A DNA stretch of 64,000 nt from contig JAHPZA010000006.1 of assembly GCA_019058445.1 (NCBI GenBank), forward strand, positions 416,001 through 480,000, written 5' to 3'. The translations under genes were made by a program, and so were the position numbers. Below the pieces are notes generated by a model. That model saw only the letters and a list, made by a program, of their open reading frames with translations. It was not told where the DNA came from and ran no database searches. This DNA is from Promethearchaeota archaeon. Its GTDB lineage: Archaea; Asgardarchaeota; Lokiarchaeia; Sigyniarchaeales; SOKP01. Shown here piece by piece: positions 21,892-30,438 of this stretch. How positions within the stretch are numbered: the first letter of the stretch is position 1; every line of letters begins with the position of its first letter.

Positions 21892-23889
21892 ATGTCCAAA
21901 AAAGGAGAACGAATCGTATTTGATGCTAATTTTTTTATATGTATGCTGGCGGTAAAAGCAAAGAATATTCTTGAAAACTTAAACAGGGCAGCAAAAGATT
22001 TAGAACTTGATTACTATATTTCTGAAGTTGTTCTTAATGAAATAAAATCTCCAACAACATTTAAAGATAAACTGAAAAAGATTGTAAATGTTGAAAAAGT
22101 TCAAGAAAATGAGATTTCAGATATAAAGGAAGATTTAAAACAGTATAATGTTAAATTTCCTGCCCAAGATCCTGATTTATCTCTTGTGGTTTTAGGTAAG
22201 AGACTTATGGGTGATGATGATAAAACACCCTTACATTTAGTCACAGATGATTTTAAATTAGCTAAAAATACAAATCTCTTATTTAGGGGTAAATTCAATA
22301 TCTTGTCTCTCTCAAGTTTCCTCCTAAAACTTCAGAGAACGTCAACGAAACCACAATTACGGAATTATTTCAAAAATATTTGGCAGAAAAGTTTAAATTA
22401 CACTTTGAGCTACATGATTGAACGCTCAAAAATATATCCAGCAGAGCAAAAAATTCAATGGCTTATTGAAAAAGCAATCAGCGTGACTGAAGATTCAATT
22501 CTATCATCTGATCTTGAAATCGTGAATCCAGATGCTGGTGTAAGATTTGAAATTGGGGCAACTAAGTATGCGGAGGAGCTAGAAGTATGTGAAAAATATA
22601 TTGAAAATCAAAAACTACCTCAAAGTGAAGAACAAAAAGTTGAATCTATAATTACCTTTCTTGAAAATCTTAAGATTTCACGAGAATACATCAAACGAGC
22701 ACGAGAAGCCATAATCAAAAATGAATCCAAAGATGCAGTAAAGTTTTTAAAAAAAGGAAATGGATTTTTAGTTTCATTATTACAATTAGCTTCGGGGCAA
22801 TTAGAAAAATATAAAGATTATCAAATTGTTGAACAACTTATATGTTCAGAAATCAGTAAAATGGAATTCTTACGAGCATTCCTCCTCGTTTCTCTTGGTC
22901 GGATCAGTACTTCTATAGATTCTCTTGAACGAGCTGCCTTATTTTCAACGATCATTCATAATTTTCAAACATGCTTGACATTAAATTATGTTAAAGCATT
23001 GATTTTGTTATTTCATGGTTTATATTCAAACGCCATAATGCAATATAACTTCACAGAAGAACTCGCTGAAATCTACAATGATGATAAGTTAAAACTTAAA
23101 TGCCTAATTGGTAAGGCAATTGCTATTTATATTCAAGGAGAGGATAGGAATACTGCAATAACCATCATGGATGAAATTTCGAATATAGATCTTGAAAAAA
23201 ATTTCTTAGATGCTATTATAGTATTTAGTGAACTTGGTGATTACTTCTTAGCTTTGGGGCATTCTCAAATTGCTGCTAACCTTTATAATGAAGCACTAGA
23301 AATAAGTATTGATTACAAATTATCTTTTAAAAGCGATATTTTAATCGAAAAATTAAAACGGGCATATATAGCGACTGTACTAGAAGGATATTCTGCAGAA
23401 GATATTATGGTTGATAAACTGGACATTTTACTTGACAAGGCTTATTCAGTGAAAGATGTTGAAAAATATAACGAGCAAATTAAAAAGATTTCAAGTTTTA
23501 ATATCCTGTTTTATACACCTTTTCCCCACATCTCAGGAAAAAAAAAAGTAATCCCTTTTTCTAAGCTTCCAGATGAGCTAAAAGAAGACTACTTAGAAGT
23601 AGTTCATTTTGAGAAACTAGACAATGAGAAACAAAATCAAGTCCTTTTTATTGTCTCTCACTATGAACTAGGATTATTAGGGATTAAAGTGAAAACAGAT
23701 GAAAATATCACAGGAATTGCTGAAAACTACTCCCTCAAATTAAAACCTACAAGTAAAGCAAAAATTTATGAACCTGATGAAGAATTAAAAGAAGCCTATT
23801 TAATTCGTGCTGTAATAGAAATTACGGCAATTAATCAATGCGAAATAATTTATACGCTTCCATCTTTCTTTAAACAGTTGAATCTATGA
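21892..23889 (+). CDS. PIN-domain protein with TPR-like repeats
   Basis: VFDANF..SEVVLNE..DPDLSL..VTDD PIN acidic residues, followed by helical repeats. Confidence 0.7.
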   Translation: MSKKGERIVFDANFFICMLAVKAKNILENLNRAAKDLELDYYISEVVLNEIKSPTTFKDKLKKIVNVEKVQENEISDIKEDLKQYNVKFPAQDPDLSLVVLGKRLMGDDDKTPLHLVTDDFKLAKNTNLLFRGKFNILSLSSFLLKLQRTSTKPQLRNYFKNIWQKSLNYTLSYMIERSKIYPAEQKIQWLIEKAISVTEDSILSSDLEIVNPDAGVRFEIGATKYAEELEVCEKYIENQKLPQSEEQKVESIITFLENLKISREYIKRAREAIIKNESKDAVKFLKKGNGFLVSLLQLASGQLEKYKDYQIVEQLICSEISKMEFLRAFLLVSLGRISTSIDSLERAALFSTIIHNFQTCLTLNYVKALILLFHGLYSNAIMQYNFTEELAEIYNDDKLKLKCLIGKAIAIYIQGEDRNTAITIMDEISNIDLEKNFLDAIIVFSELGDYFLALGHSQIAANLYNEALEISIDYKLSFKSDILIEKLKRAYIATVLEGYSAEDIMVDKLDILLDKAYSVKDVEKYNEQIKKISSFNILFYTPFPHISGKKKVIPFSKLPDELKEDYLEVVHFEKLDNEKQNQVLFIVSHYELGLLGIKVKTDENITGIAENYSLKLKPTSKAKIYEPDEELKEAYLIRAVIEITAINQCEIIYTLPSFFKQLNL

Positions 23890-24175
23890 ATATAAAAAAT
23901 AAGATATTTAAGCACTTAAATATTTCTTGGCGATAGCGCCCCCTTTTGCAAATTTTGATATTTTTTCAATAAATTCTGTTTTAAGAGCCATTCGGTAATC
24001 CTCTTGGAATGCTATGAAAACTTTTTTGAACAAAAGGTTAAAATAGTTTATTCCAATATTTCCAGATTACACTTCATTTTTTTTTAGAAGACAATTCAAT
24101 CTAAACTATTTAAAGAAAAATCAAAAGAACTAGAAAATACTAAAAAGATATAAATTTAAAATATTGTATTAGATT

Positions 24176-25402
24176 ATGATTGAGATTTCCTTAGAACAAG
24201 CTCAACGTTTTATTCTTGAGAAACAAGGATTATTAACTACAAAACCAGCAAAATCGGTTTTAGAAGTTGCTAGAAAGATTCATAATATTCAAATTGATAC
24301 TATCTCAGTTGTCGCAAGATCACATGATTTAACAATATACAATAGATTTGAGAATTACACTGAGAAGGAAATCTGGGATAATTTAAGGAGAAAAGAGTTA
24401 TTCGAGTATTATTCACATGGACTCTGTTTAATACCTATAGAAGATTATCCATTCTATAAATTCTGTATGGATGATTATCGTGACAGAGAAAAAAACTCAA
24501 GGTGGGAGAAATGGTTAACAGTCAATCAAAAGATTGTAGATTTTGTTTTGAATAGGGTGAAAAAGGAAGGCCCATTGTCAAGTAAAGATTTCAAAGTTCC
24601 TGAAGAAAGAAAATCTAAAGGTTGGTTTGAATGGAAGGAAGAAAAGCGAGCGTTAGAATATCTATTCTATCGTGGTGATTTATTGATTAACCATCGAGAA
24701 GGTTTCCAAAAATACTATGATATACCAGAGAGAGTTCTCCCCCTAAATATTAGTCATGAACCAATGACCATTAAGGATGCACCTGATTATCTATTAAATA
24801 CTACTTTATCATCATTAGGTATTTGTGATTATGAGGAAATTAAGAGCTATATCAGAAGTCGAACTTTAAAATTAATATGGAATAATAAACCTAGTTTAAT
24901 TACTGAATACTTGGAAGAAAAGGTAAAGGATGATACACTTATAAAAGTCAATGTTCAGGGCATTGATAGAACACAATTTATTAAATCTACAGATAGCAAG
25001 AAGATTGAAACGGTTAAATCACTAGAGTCTGCAGAAGCAAAATTGATTAATCCTTTTGATAACGTTGCTCGAGACAGAAATTTACTAAGAAAATTCTGGA
25101 ATTTTAATTACAAACTAGAAGCTTATACTCCTGCTCCAGATAGAATTTTTGGTTATTATTTGATGCCGATTCTAATCGATCATCAAATCATAGGTCGTCT
25201 TGAACCTAAGGCTCATAGGAAAGAGTCGAGACTAGAAATAAAATCAATATTTTTTGAGAACTGGTTTAAACCAAGTAAAAACTTCTATGAAAAATTAGCT
25301 AAAGGTCTTTGGAAGTTTGCTACATTTCATAATTGCACTGAAATTACTTTGAATGATAAAATAAATAAAGATATTAAGAATACTTTAACATCTGTTCTCT
25401 AA
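24176..25402 (+). CDS. YcaQ/AlkZ-family (HTH_42) crosslink-repair DNA glycosylase
   Basis: IQIDTISVVARSH (QxD), PFDN, YKLEAYTP..R.FGYY. Confidence 0.85.
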   Translation: MIEISLEQAQRFILEKQGLLTTKPAKSVLEVARKIHNIQIDTISVVARSHDLTIYNRFENYTEKEIWDNLRRKELFEYYSHGLCLIPIEDYPFYKFCMDDYRDREKNSRWEKWLTVNQKIVDFVLNRVKKEGPLSSKDFKVPEERKSKGWFEWKEEKRALEYLFYRGDLLINHREGFQKYYDIPERVLPLNISHEPMTIKDAPDYLLNTTLSSLGICDYEEIKSYIRSRTLKLIWNNKPSLITEYLEEKVKDDTLIKVNVQGIDRTQFIKSTDSKKIETVKSLESAEAKLINPFDNVARDRNLLRKFWNFNYKLEAYTPAPDRIFGYYLMPILIDHQIIGRLEPKAHRKESRLEIKSIFFENWFKPSKNFYEKLAKGLWKFATFHNCTEITLNDKINKDIKNTLTSVL

Positions 25403-25546
25403 TGTTAATTGTTTAAGAGATGATTAGATGAAGTATGTAAAAATGAAGGATTTGTATTCATTTGGGAAACAGTTCAGTATTGGGATAGATGAGCAAATTA
25501 AGAAGCTCGAGTTAAATAGGAGTATAATTGCAGAAATAAATCCATA

Positions 25547-25621
25547 ATGGAAGTTACCGCAAAAAATCAATGTGAAATAATCTATACTCTGCCATCTTTC
25601 TTTAAACAACTTAATTTATAA
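25547..25621 (+). pseudogene. Displaced duplicate of the 3' end of the PIN-TPR gene
   Basis: Encodes EVTAKNQCEIIYTLPSFFKQLNL* versus EITAINQCEIIYTLPSFFKQLNL* at 23815-23889. Confidence 0.85.
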
Positions 25622-25734
25622 GAATTCAGTTAATTTCAGATAAAATTAGATTTAACATTAGGGGTATTCTATCTTAAAACCTTGAGTTAAAAAGGAATAA
25701 AAGTTAAAAATTAATATTTTTTTATAAATTGTAC

Positions 25735-26036
25735 TCACTCTTTTCGCAAGTTTTTATCTCGTTGACTAACTTGATGACTATGAACTGCGCAGCTTATGCA
25801 ATAATACTTTTTATTCTGTCCGCTCATGATAATCGTCCCAGCTTTTTTAAGTTCCCCATACATTCTTCCATCAACGAGCGATGTTCGACGAGTAACTGCT
25901 TTAGCTTTGCTTTTTACAGTGAATACGAAATGTTAAACACTCTTGCAACAAATCTTCCACACTTACTACACTGAACTTTGCCATAATTTCCCTTGCTGCT
26001 GCCAGTTTTACCACCAGATTTTCTTTTCTTAGGCAT
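25735..26036 (-). CDS. rps26e: 30S ribosomal protein S26e (eS26), split by an intron: join(26036..25942, 25912..25735), 90 aa
   Basis: Spliced product MPKKRKSGGKTGSSKGNYGKVQCSKCGRFVAR/SKAKAVTRRTSLVDGRMYGELKKAGTIIMSGQNKKYYCISCAVHSHQVSQRDKNLRKE has the CxxC and YCISCAVH signatures; GGAGGT SD upstream. Confidence 0.92.
25913..25941 (-). other. 29-nt bulge-helix-bulge intron in rps26e
   Basis: Central helix UGCA/UGUA, bulges AGA and AAA, inner GUG/CAC stem; the insert carries an in-frame TAA and shifts the frame, and its removal restores the ORF. Confidence 0.8.
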
Positions 26037-26215
26037 AGCTCCAACCTCCTTTTCTGTAATTCTCATCTATTCTTCTAAACTCTAAGAATTTGAATTCTAC
26101 AAACCTTAAATAATTTGTTCTTATAGATTAAGTCTTTTCACAAAAATTACATGAAGTAAAAAATTCTTTAATCATAAAGAGAATTACATAATTAATGAAA
26201 TTCTGAGGATTAAAA

Positions 26216-27598
26216 ATGAGAAGAATCGAATTCCCCGATGGCTTTACCTGGGGGGCTGCAACTTCAAGTTTTCAAATTGAAGGAGCATGGAATGAGGATG
26301 GGAAAGGTGAAAGTATATGGGATTTAGCGTCACATACTCCAGGAATAATAAAAAACAATGATACCGCAGATATTGCATGCGACCATTATCATCAATACAA
26401 AGAGGACGTTCAGATAATGAAAAAAATGGGACTAAAAGCGTATAGATTTTCAATAGCTTGGCCCCGTATTTTTCCTAGGGGGCAAGGGGAAATAAATCCT
26501 AAAGGGGTCCAATTCTACGATAACTTGATAAATGAACTGCTAGCAAACGGAATAGAACCTTTCACAGATCTTTATCATTGGGACTTACCCCTAGCCTTGA
26601 ATAGATTGGGTGGATGGGAAAACCGTGAAGTTGGTGATGCCTATGTTGAGTATGCCACTTTTATATTCAATCATTATGGCGATCGGGTTAAAAATTGGAT
26701 AACATTTAACGAGCCGATGATCTTTGCATTATATTATTATATTCTTGGGCTCTATGGGAAAAAAGGCAACTTTTCAGGAGGTATTTGTGCCTCTCATTTA
26801 GTTAATGTTGCCCACGCAAAAGCAATAAAAGCTTATCGATCATGTGAATATCCCGATGGAAAAATCGGTATCACATTAAATCCATTCCCTCTTTATCCAA
26901 TAACTGAATCTGCGTTAGATAAGGAAGCAGTTACGGTGGTTGATGGATTAGTAAATAGATGGTTTTTAGATCCCGTTTTTAAAGCTTCCTATCCTCCTGA
27001 TACATTTGAATTGCTAAGTAAGACCATCGATTTATCTTTAATTACGGAAAATGATTTAAAATTACTAAAGGAAAATCCAATGGATTTTTTAGGGATCAAT
27101 TTATATTCCTGCTGGCGAATTGGAGCTAGAAAGAAAGAAGATCTTAACAATTTATTTAAGTTAATCGGCAAATTAGCAACACCCCTTAAAAATAAAAAAA
27201 ATATTGAAAGTTCAGAAACAGGGTGGGAGGTTTATCCAGAGGGATTATTTGATATTCTCAAACGAATAGATTATGATTACAATCACCCTCTAATTTATAT
27301 CACAGAAAATGGAATGGCATGTAAGGATGATATAATAGTTGGAAGAATTGTACAAGATGATGATCGATTAAGCTATCTTAAGCGTTATATTGAAAAAGCA
27401 AGTAAAGCTATGAACGATGGAGTAAATCTGAAAGGATATTTTGTCTGGTCTTTAATGGACAATTTTGAGATGTTCGAGGGGTATGAGAAAAAATTTGGGT
27501 TAATTAAAATTGACTATGAAACCCAAGAGAGAATCTGGAAAAAAAGCGCATTATGGTATCGTGATATGATAAAAGCGAATAGTTTTCCTTTTTCTTAA
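26216..27598 (+). CDS. GH1 beta-glucosidase
   Basis: FTWGAATSSFQIEG, TFNEP and ITENG catalytic motifs, WSLMDNFE. Confidence 0.93.
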   Translation: MRRIEFPDGFTWGAATSSFQIEGAWNEDGKGESIWDLASHTPGIIKNNDTADIACDHYHQYKEDVQIMKKMGLKAYRFSIAWPRIFPRGQGEINPKGVQFYDNLINELLANGIEPFTDLYHWDLPLALNRLGGWENREVGDAYVEYATFIFNHYGDRVKNWITFNEPMIFALYYYILGLYGKKGNFSGGICASHLVNVAHAKAIKAYRSCEYPDGKIGITLNPFPLYPITESALDKEAVTVVDGLVNRWFLDPVFKASYPPDTFELLSKTIDLSLITENDLKLLKENPMDFLGINLYSCWRIGARKKEDLNNLFKLIGKLATPLKNKKNIESSETGWEVYPEGLFDILKRIDYDYNHPLIYITENGMACKDDIIVGRIVQDDDRLSYLKRYIEKASKAMNDGVNLKGYFVWSLMDNFEMFEGYEKKFGLIKIDYETQERIWKKSALWYRDMIKANSFPFS

Positions 27599-27640
27599 TT
27601 TAAGTCAAACTAACGAAAAAAAAATATTTTTATAAATTTT

Positions 27641-28369
27641 TTAAATATGCTCTTCATCAGAATTCTGATTATTAAGGACCTTAAAAGTAAATACTATTCT
27701 TTGAGCAACTGTGATGAAGAGCGCTATAGTGTAAATAATTATTGCTATTAAAAATACAGGGGTAACTGGTATTCCAGTTATAAATGGAATAAATATTGTA
27801 ATAGGAGCACCTAAGAAAAAAAGAGTCAAGAAATAAAACCACATTTCAAAAAGCAAGGCGAATAGTAAAAACAAAATTCTTTCAGCACGCTCCATGAATC
27901 CTACTCCCTTCATATTTACTCCCTCATTTTCTGCTCTTGAACGTGTATAAGAGATCATAATTACTAAAAATAATACAAGATATCCTAATATATAATTTAC
28001 TAGTCCCCCATAAATTAGTCCTAATATAAGTAAAGCATCTGAAATTCGATCTAAATTTGAATCAAGAAAGGCCCCCGCTTGAGTTTCTTTATCCGTTCTT
28101 CTTGCTACCTCTCCATCAAACAAATCAAACGCACCCGCTAATCCCATCAAAAAAGGTACTATCCACGCCAGCCACATTGAAAAGTAAACCCATCCTAGAG
28201 CTATTAAAATTGCAACTGTCAATGAAATTGCAAATCCTATAAAGGTAATTTCATTAGGACTTACCTTATGCTTAATTAAGAATTCCACAGGACGGTCAAT
28301 ATATCTACTATACCTATGTAAAATCTCCTTTTGGCGTATTCTTTTATTTGTGCCTGCTTTCTCATTCAA
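27641..28369 (-). CDS. CDP-alcohol phosphatidyltransferase (archaetidylinositol-phosphate synthase-like)
   Basis: DLFDGEVARR...GAFLDSNLDRISD motif; SYTRSRAE; GFMERAER. Confidence 0.88.
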   Translation of the reverse strand: MNEKAGTNKRIRQKEILHRYSRYIDRPVEFLIKHKVSPNEITFIGFAISLTVAILIALGWVYFSMWLAWIVPFLMGLAGAFDLFDGEVARRTDKETQAGAFLDSNLDRISDALLILGLIYGGLVNYILGYLVLFLVIMISYTRSRAENEGVNMKGVGFMERAERILFLLFALLFEMWFYFLTLFFLGAPITIFIPFITGIPVTPVFLIAIIIYTIALFITVAQRIVFTFKVLNNQNSDEEHI

Positions 28370-28437
28370 TTTCTTTCTATTTCTCTGAGTCTTAATGTAT
28401 GGATTATTATTGTTAAAAGTTGTTTTTTATAAAAAAT

Positions 28438-29040
28438 TTATTGTAGTGGGGTTAATAAGTGCAATTTTATCAATCGAATTACTGAAGAAGCTAAATACGA
28501 GCGATTTCCTAAGCTAAGAATTGGAAGATCACTTGCTAATATTTCTTCTAAGTTCATAATATCACCACTTTGATTTCCTATAATAAAAATTACGTCTTTT
28601 TCTAAAAGGATCGATTTAAGTTTACTAAAAAAATCATTACCCTCTTCATGTAAAATATATTTTTTATAATTCAATTTTAACACTTCTTTTAAGGTTTCAC
28701 GTACTCCTTTTTCCGAAGTTCTTACTACTCTTAAGGGATTATTCCTAAGTTTTTCTTTTGAATTGCGATTTCTGATTAAATCGACAAAGTAATCTGTTAG
28801 TTTTAATTCATTTTTAGGGAATGTTTCAAAATCTAGCACATTTGGATCAAAAAAATACGTCCCTAATTTATCTAAAAATACCCACACTTGTGTATTTTTA
28901 TCAAATTCATTCTCACCTATTAATGCTGCCAATATACAGCGAGAAATTACATCTAATCTCCCTGACGATCCAGGAATATCTTTAATTGTATAATTAGTTA
29001 TGTCTACTGTCTCTGAGTAAATTAAAAAAATTACAGTCAT
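28438..29040 (-). CDS. trmY: tRNA (pseudouridine54-N1)-methyltransferase (SPOUT)
   Basis: GSSGRLDVISRC, PKNE, LHEEG, SLGNRSYLAS. Confidence 0.8.
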   Translation of the reverse strand: MTVIFLIYSETVDITNYTIKDIPGSSGRLDVISRCILAALIGENEFDKNTQVWVFLDKLGTYFFDPNVLDFETFPKNELKLTDYFVDLIRNRNSKEKLRNNPLRVVRTSEKGVRETLKEVLKLNYKKYILHEEGNDFFSKLKSILLEKDVIFIIGNQSGDIMNLEEILASDLPILSLGNRSYLASSVIRLIKLHLLTPLQ

Positions 29041-29398
29041 TATGTTTTTAAACCTTATTTCTTAATTGGTTTAATGGACAATTTCTTTTACATATATTCC
29101 TTTTTAAAATTTAAATTATAAAGATTGTTTTTCATTTATTATAAAGGGAAAACCATGAAATTTATAGATCCCAATAGTCATATGTGGTGTATATTTCTCT
29201 AGAACCTAATAAAAACTAATTTTATTAAAAATTCGAAGTATTAATACTTAGATTTATAAATTCTTTCACTCAATACTATAAACGAAAAACAGATAAAGGA
29301 AAATTTATACTGTTTATTTAATAATTAAATAAGAATATATTTTAAATTCTAAAAGATAAATTAATTGTAAAAACATCTTGAATATTAGGAGAAACTGA

Positions 29399-29935
29399 AT
29401 GACAATTGATAAATATCTAAAAAAAGAAGCATTTAAAATTGTAATTGCTGGAGATGGCGCAGTTGGTAAAACATCTACGGCAAAAAGACTTGCTGGAACA
29501 TTAGATATTAGCCAAGCATTGAGTATGACTCCTGGAATTGATTTCCAAAGTTTTAAAATTGAAAGTTATGAATCTATTGACTGTCAACTCTGGGACTTAG
29601 GAGGCCAGGACCAGTTTCGAGAGATCCAAGATGATTTCTTTCATGGGGCGACTATAGTAATCTTTATGTTTACAATTGATAGATATAGCTCTTTCATGAA
29701 TCTTAAAAGTTGGTTAGAATTAATTCCTAAAAATGTAGAAATTTCTTATTTTCTCCTTGCAAACAAAATTGATGCCCTAAATCGTGTGGTTGATAGACAA
29801 CATGCTATAGAATTCGCTAATGCTAATAAAATGACATATTATGAGGTTTCTGCTTTAACTGGTAAAGGATTTGATGAGTTTAAGGAAGATCTCTTTAAAA
29901 CCCTTGAATATCTTTATATTGTTAGAAAGGATTAA
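29399..29935 (+). CDS. Rab-like small GTPase
   Basis: GDGAVGKT, WDLGGQ, NKID, SALT (G1, G3, G4, G5). Confidence 0.9.
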   Translation: MTIDKYLKKEAFKIVIAGDGAVGKTSTAKRLAGTLDISQALSMTPGIDFQSFKIESYESIDCQLWDLGGQDQFREIQDDFFHGATIVIFMFTIDRYSSFMNLKSWLELIPKNVEISYFLLANKIDALNRVVDRQHAIEFANANKMTYYEVSALTGKGFDEFKEDLFKTLEYLYIVRKD

Positions 29936-29959
29936 CAATAAAAATATAAATTTATATTC

Positions 29960-30379
29960 TTAGATCTCATCTGGTTTTAGGTATTCTGTGGCATCCTCTA
30001 ATATACAAGCGTCTTCATCTTCTTCTAAGGCACACATCTCATTATATCGAACTATCAGATAAATAGATAATCCTACAATACTCATCAATAATGTTAGAAT
30101 AACATAGGGAATTCCTGAAGCTTCTCTTTTCTGAAGGTCTCTATTCACTAAATAGGCTAAAAGTATTCCACTTGCAAACCAGATAATAACTATTATTATA
30201 ATAAACAAAAGAGTTGAACCAAAACCGGGAATTTGGTTAAATGGATTATTTTCGGGATATTCCAGTGGTGGAAAATCCTGGTCCTCTTGAAAGATTTGTA
30301 AGATTTTTGGGAATATCATATTGATTACAATATAACAATCAATATTAAAATTAGTTATTCTAATAAAAAATAAGTCCAA
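29960..30379 (-). CDS. Small 2-TM membrane protein
   Basis: Two hydrophobic helices and an acidic tail; start uncertain. Confidence 0.55.
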   Translation of the reverse strand: MDLFFIRITNFNIDCYIVINMIFPKILQIFQEDQDFPPLEYPENNPFNQIPGFGSTLLFIIIIVIIWFASGILLAYLVNRDLQKREASGIPYVILTLLMSIVGLSIYLIVRYNEMCALEEDEDACILEDATEYLKPDEI

Positions 30380-30438
30380 ATTTATTGGGATTTAAGGAGA
30401 GAAAATATATTTACACGCACACTTAATTTTTCCAAGTA

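Noticed and set aside
23908-24033. 41-codon minus-strand ORF (MFKKVFIAFQEDYRMALKTEF...)
   Set aside because: Looks like a gene remnant at the cassette edge but matches nothing in the window; cannot be supported
25910-25940. Spliceosomal-type GT...AG intron in rps26e
   Set aside because: Removing the 31-nt GT..AG segment leaves the frame broken (AGA CAA AGC TAA); the 29-nt BHB excision restores eS26
25729-25974. 81-aa plus-strand ORF in the track
   Set aside because: Antisense shadow of rps26e
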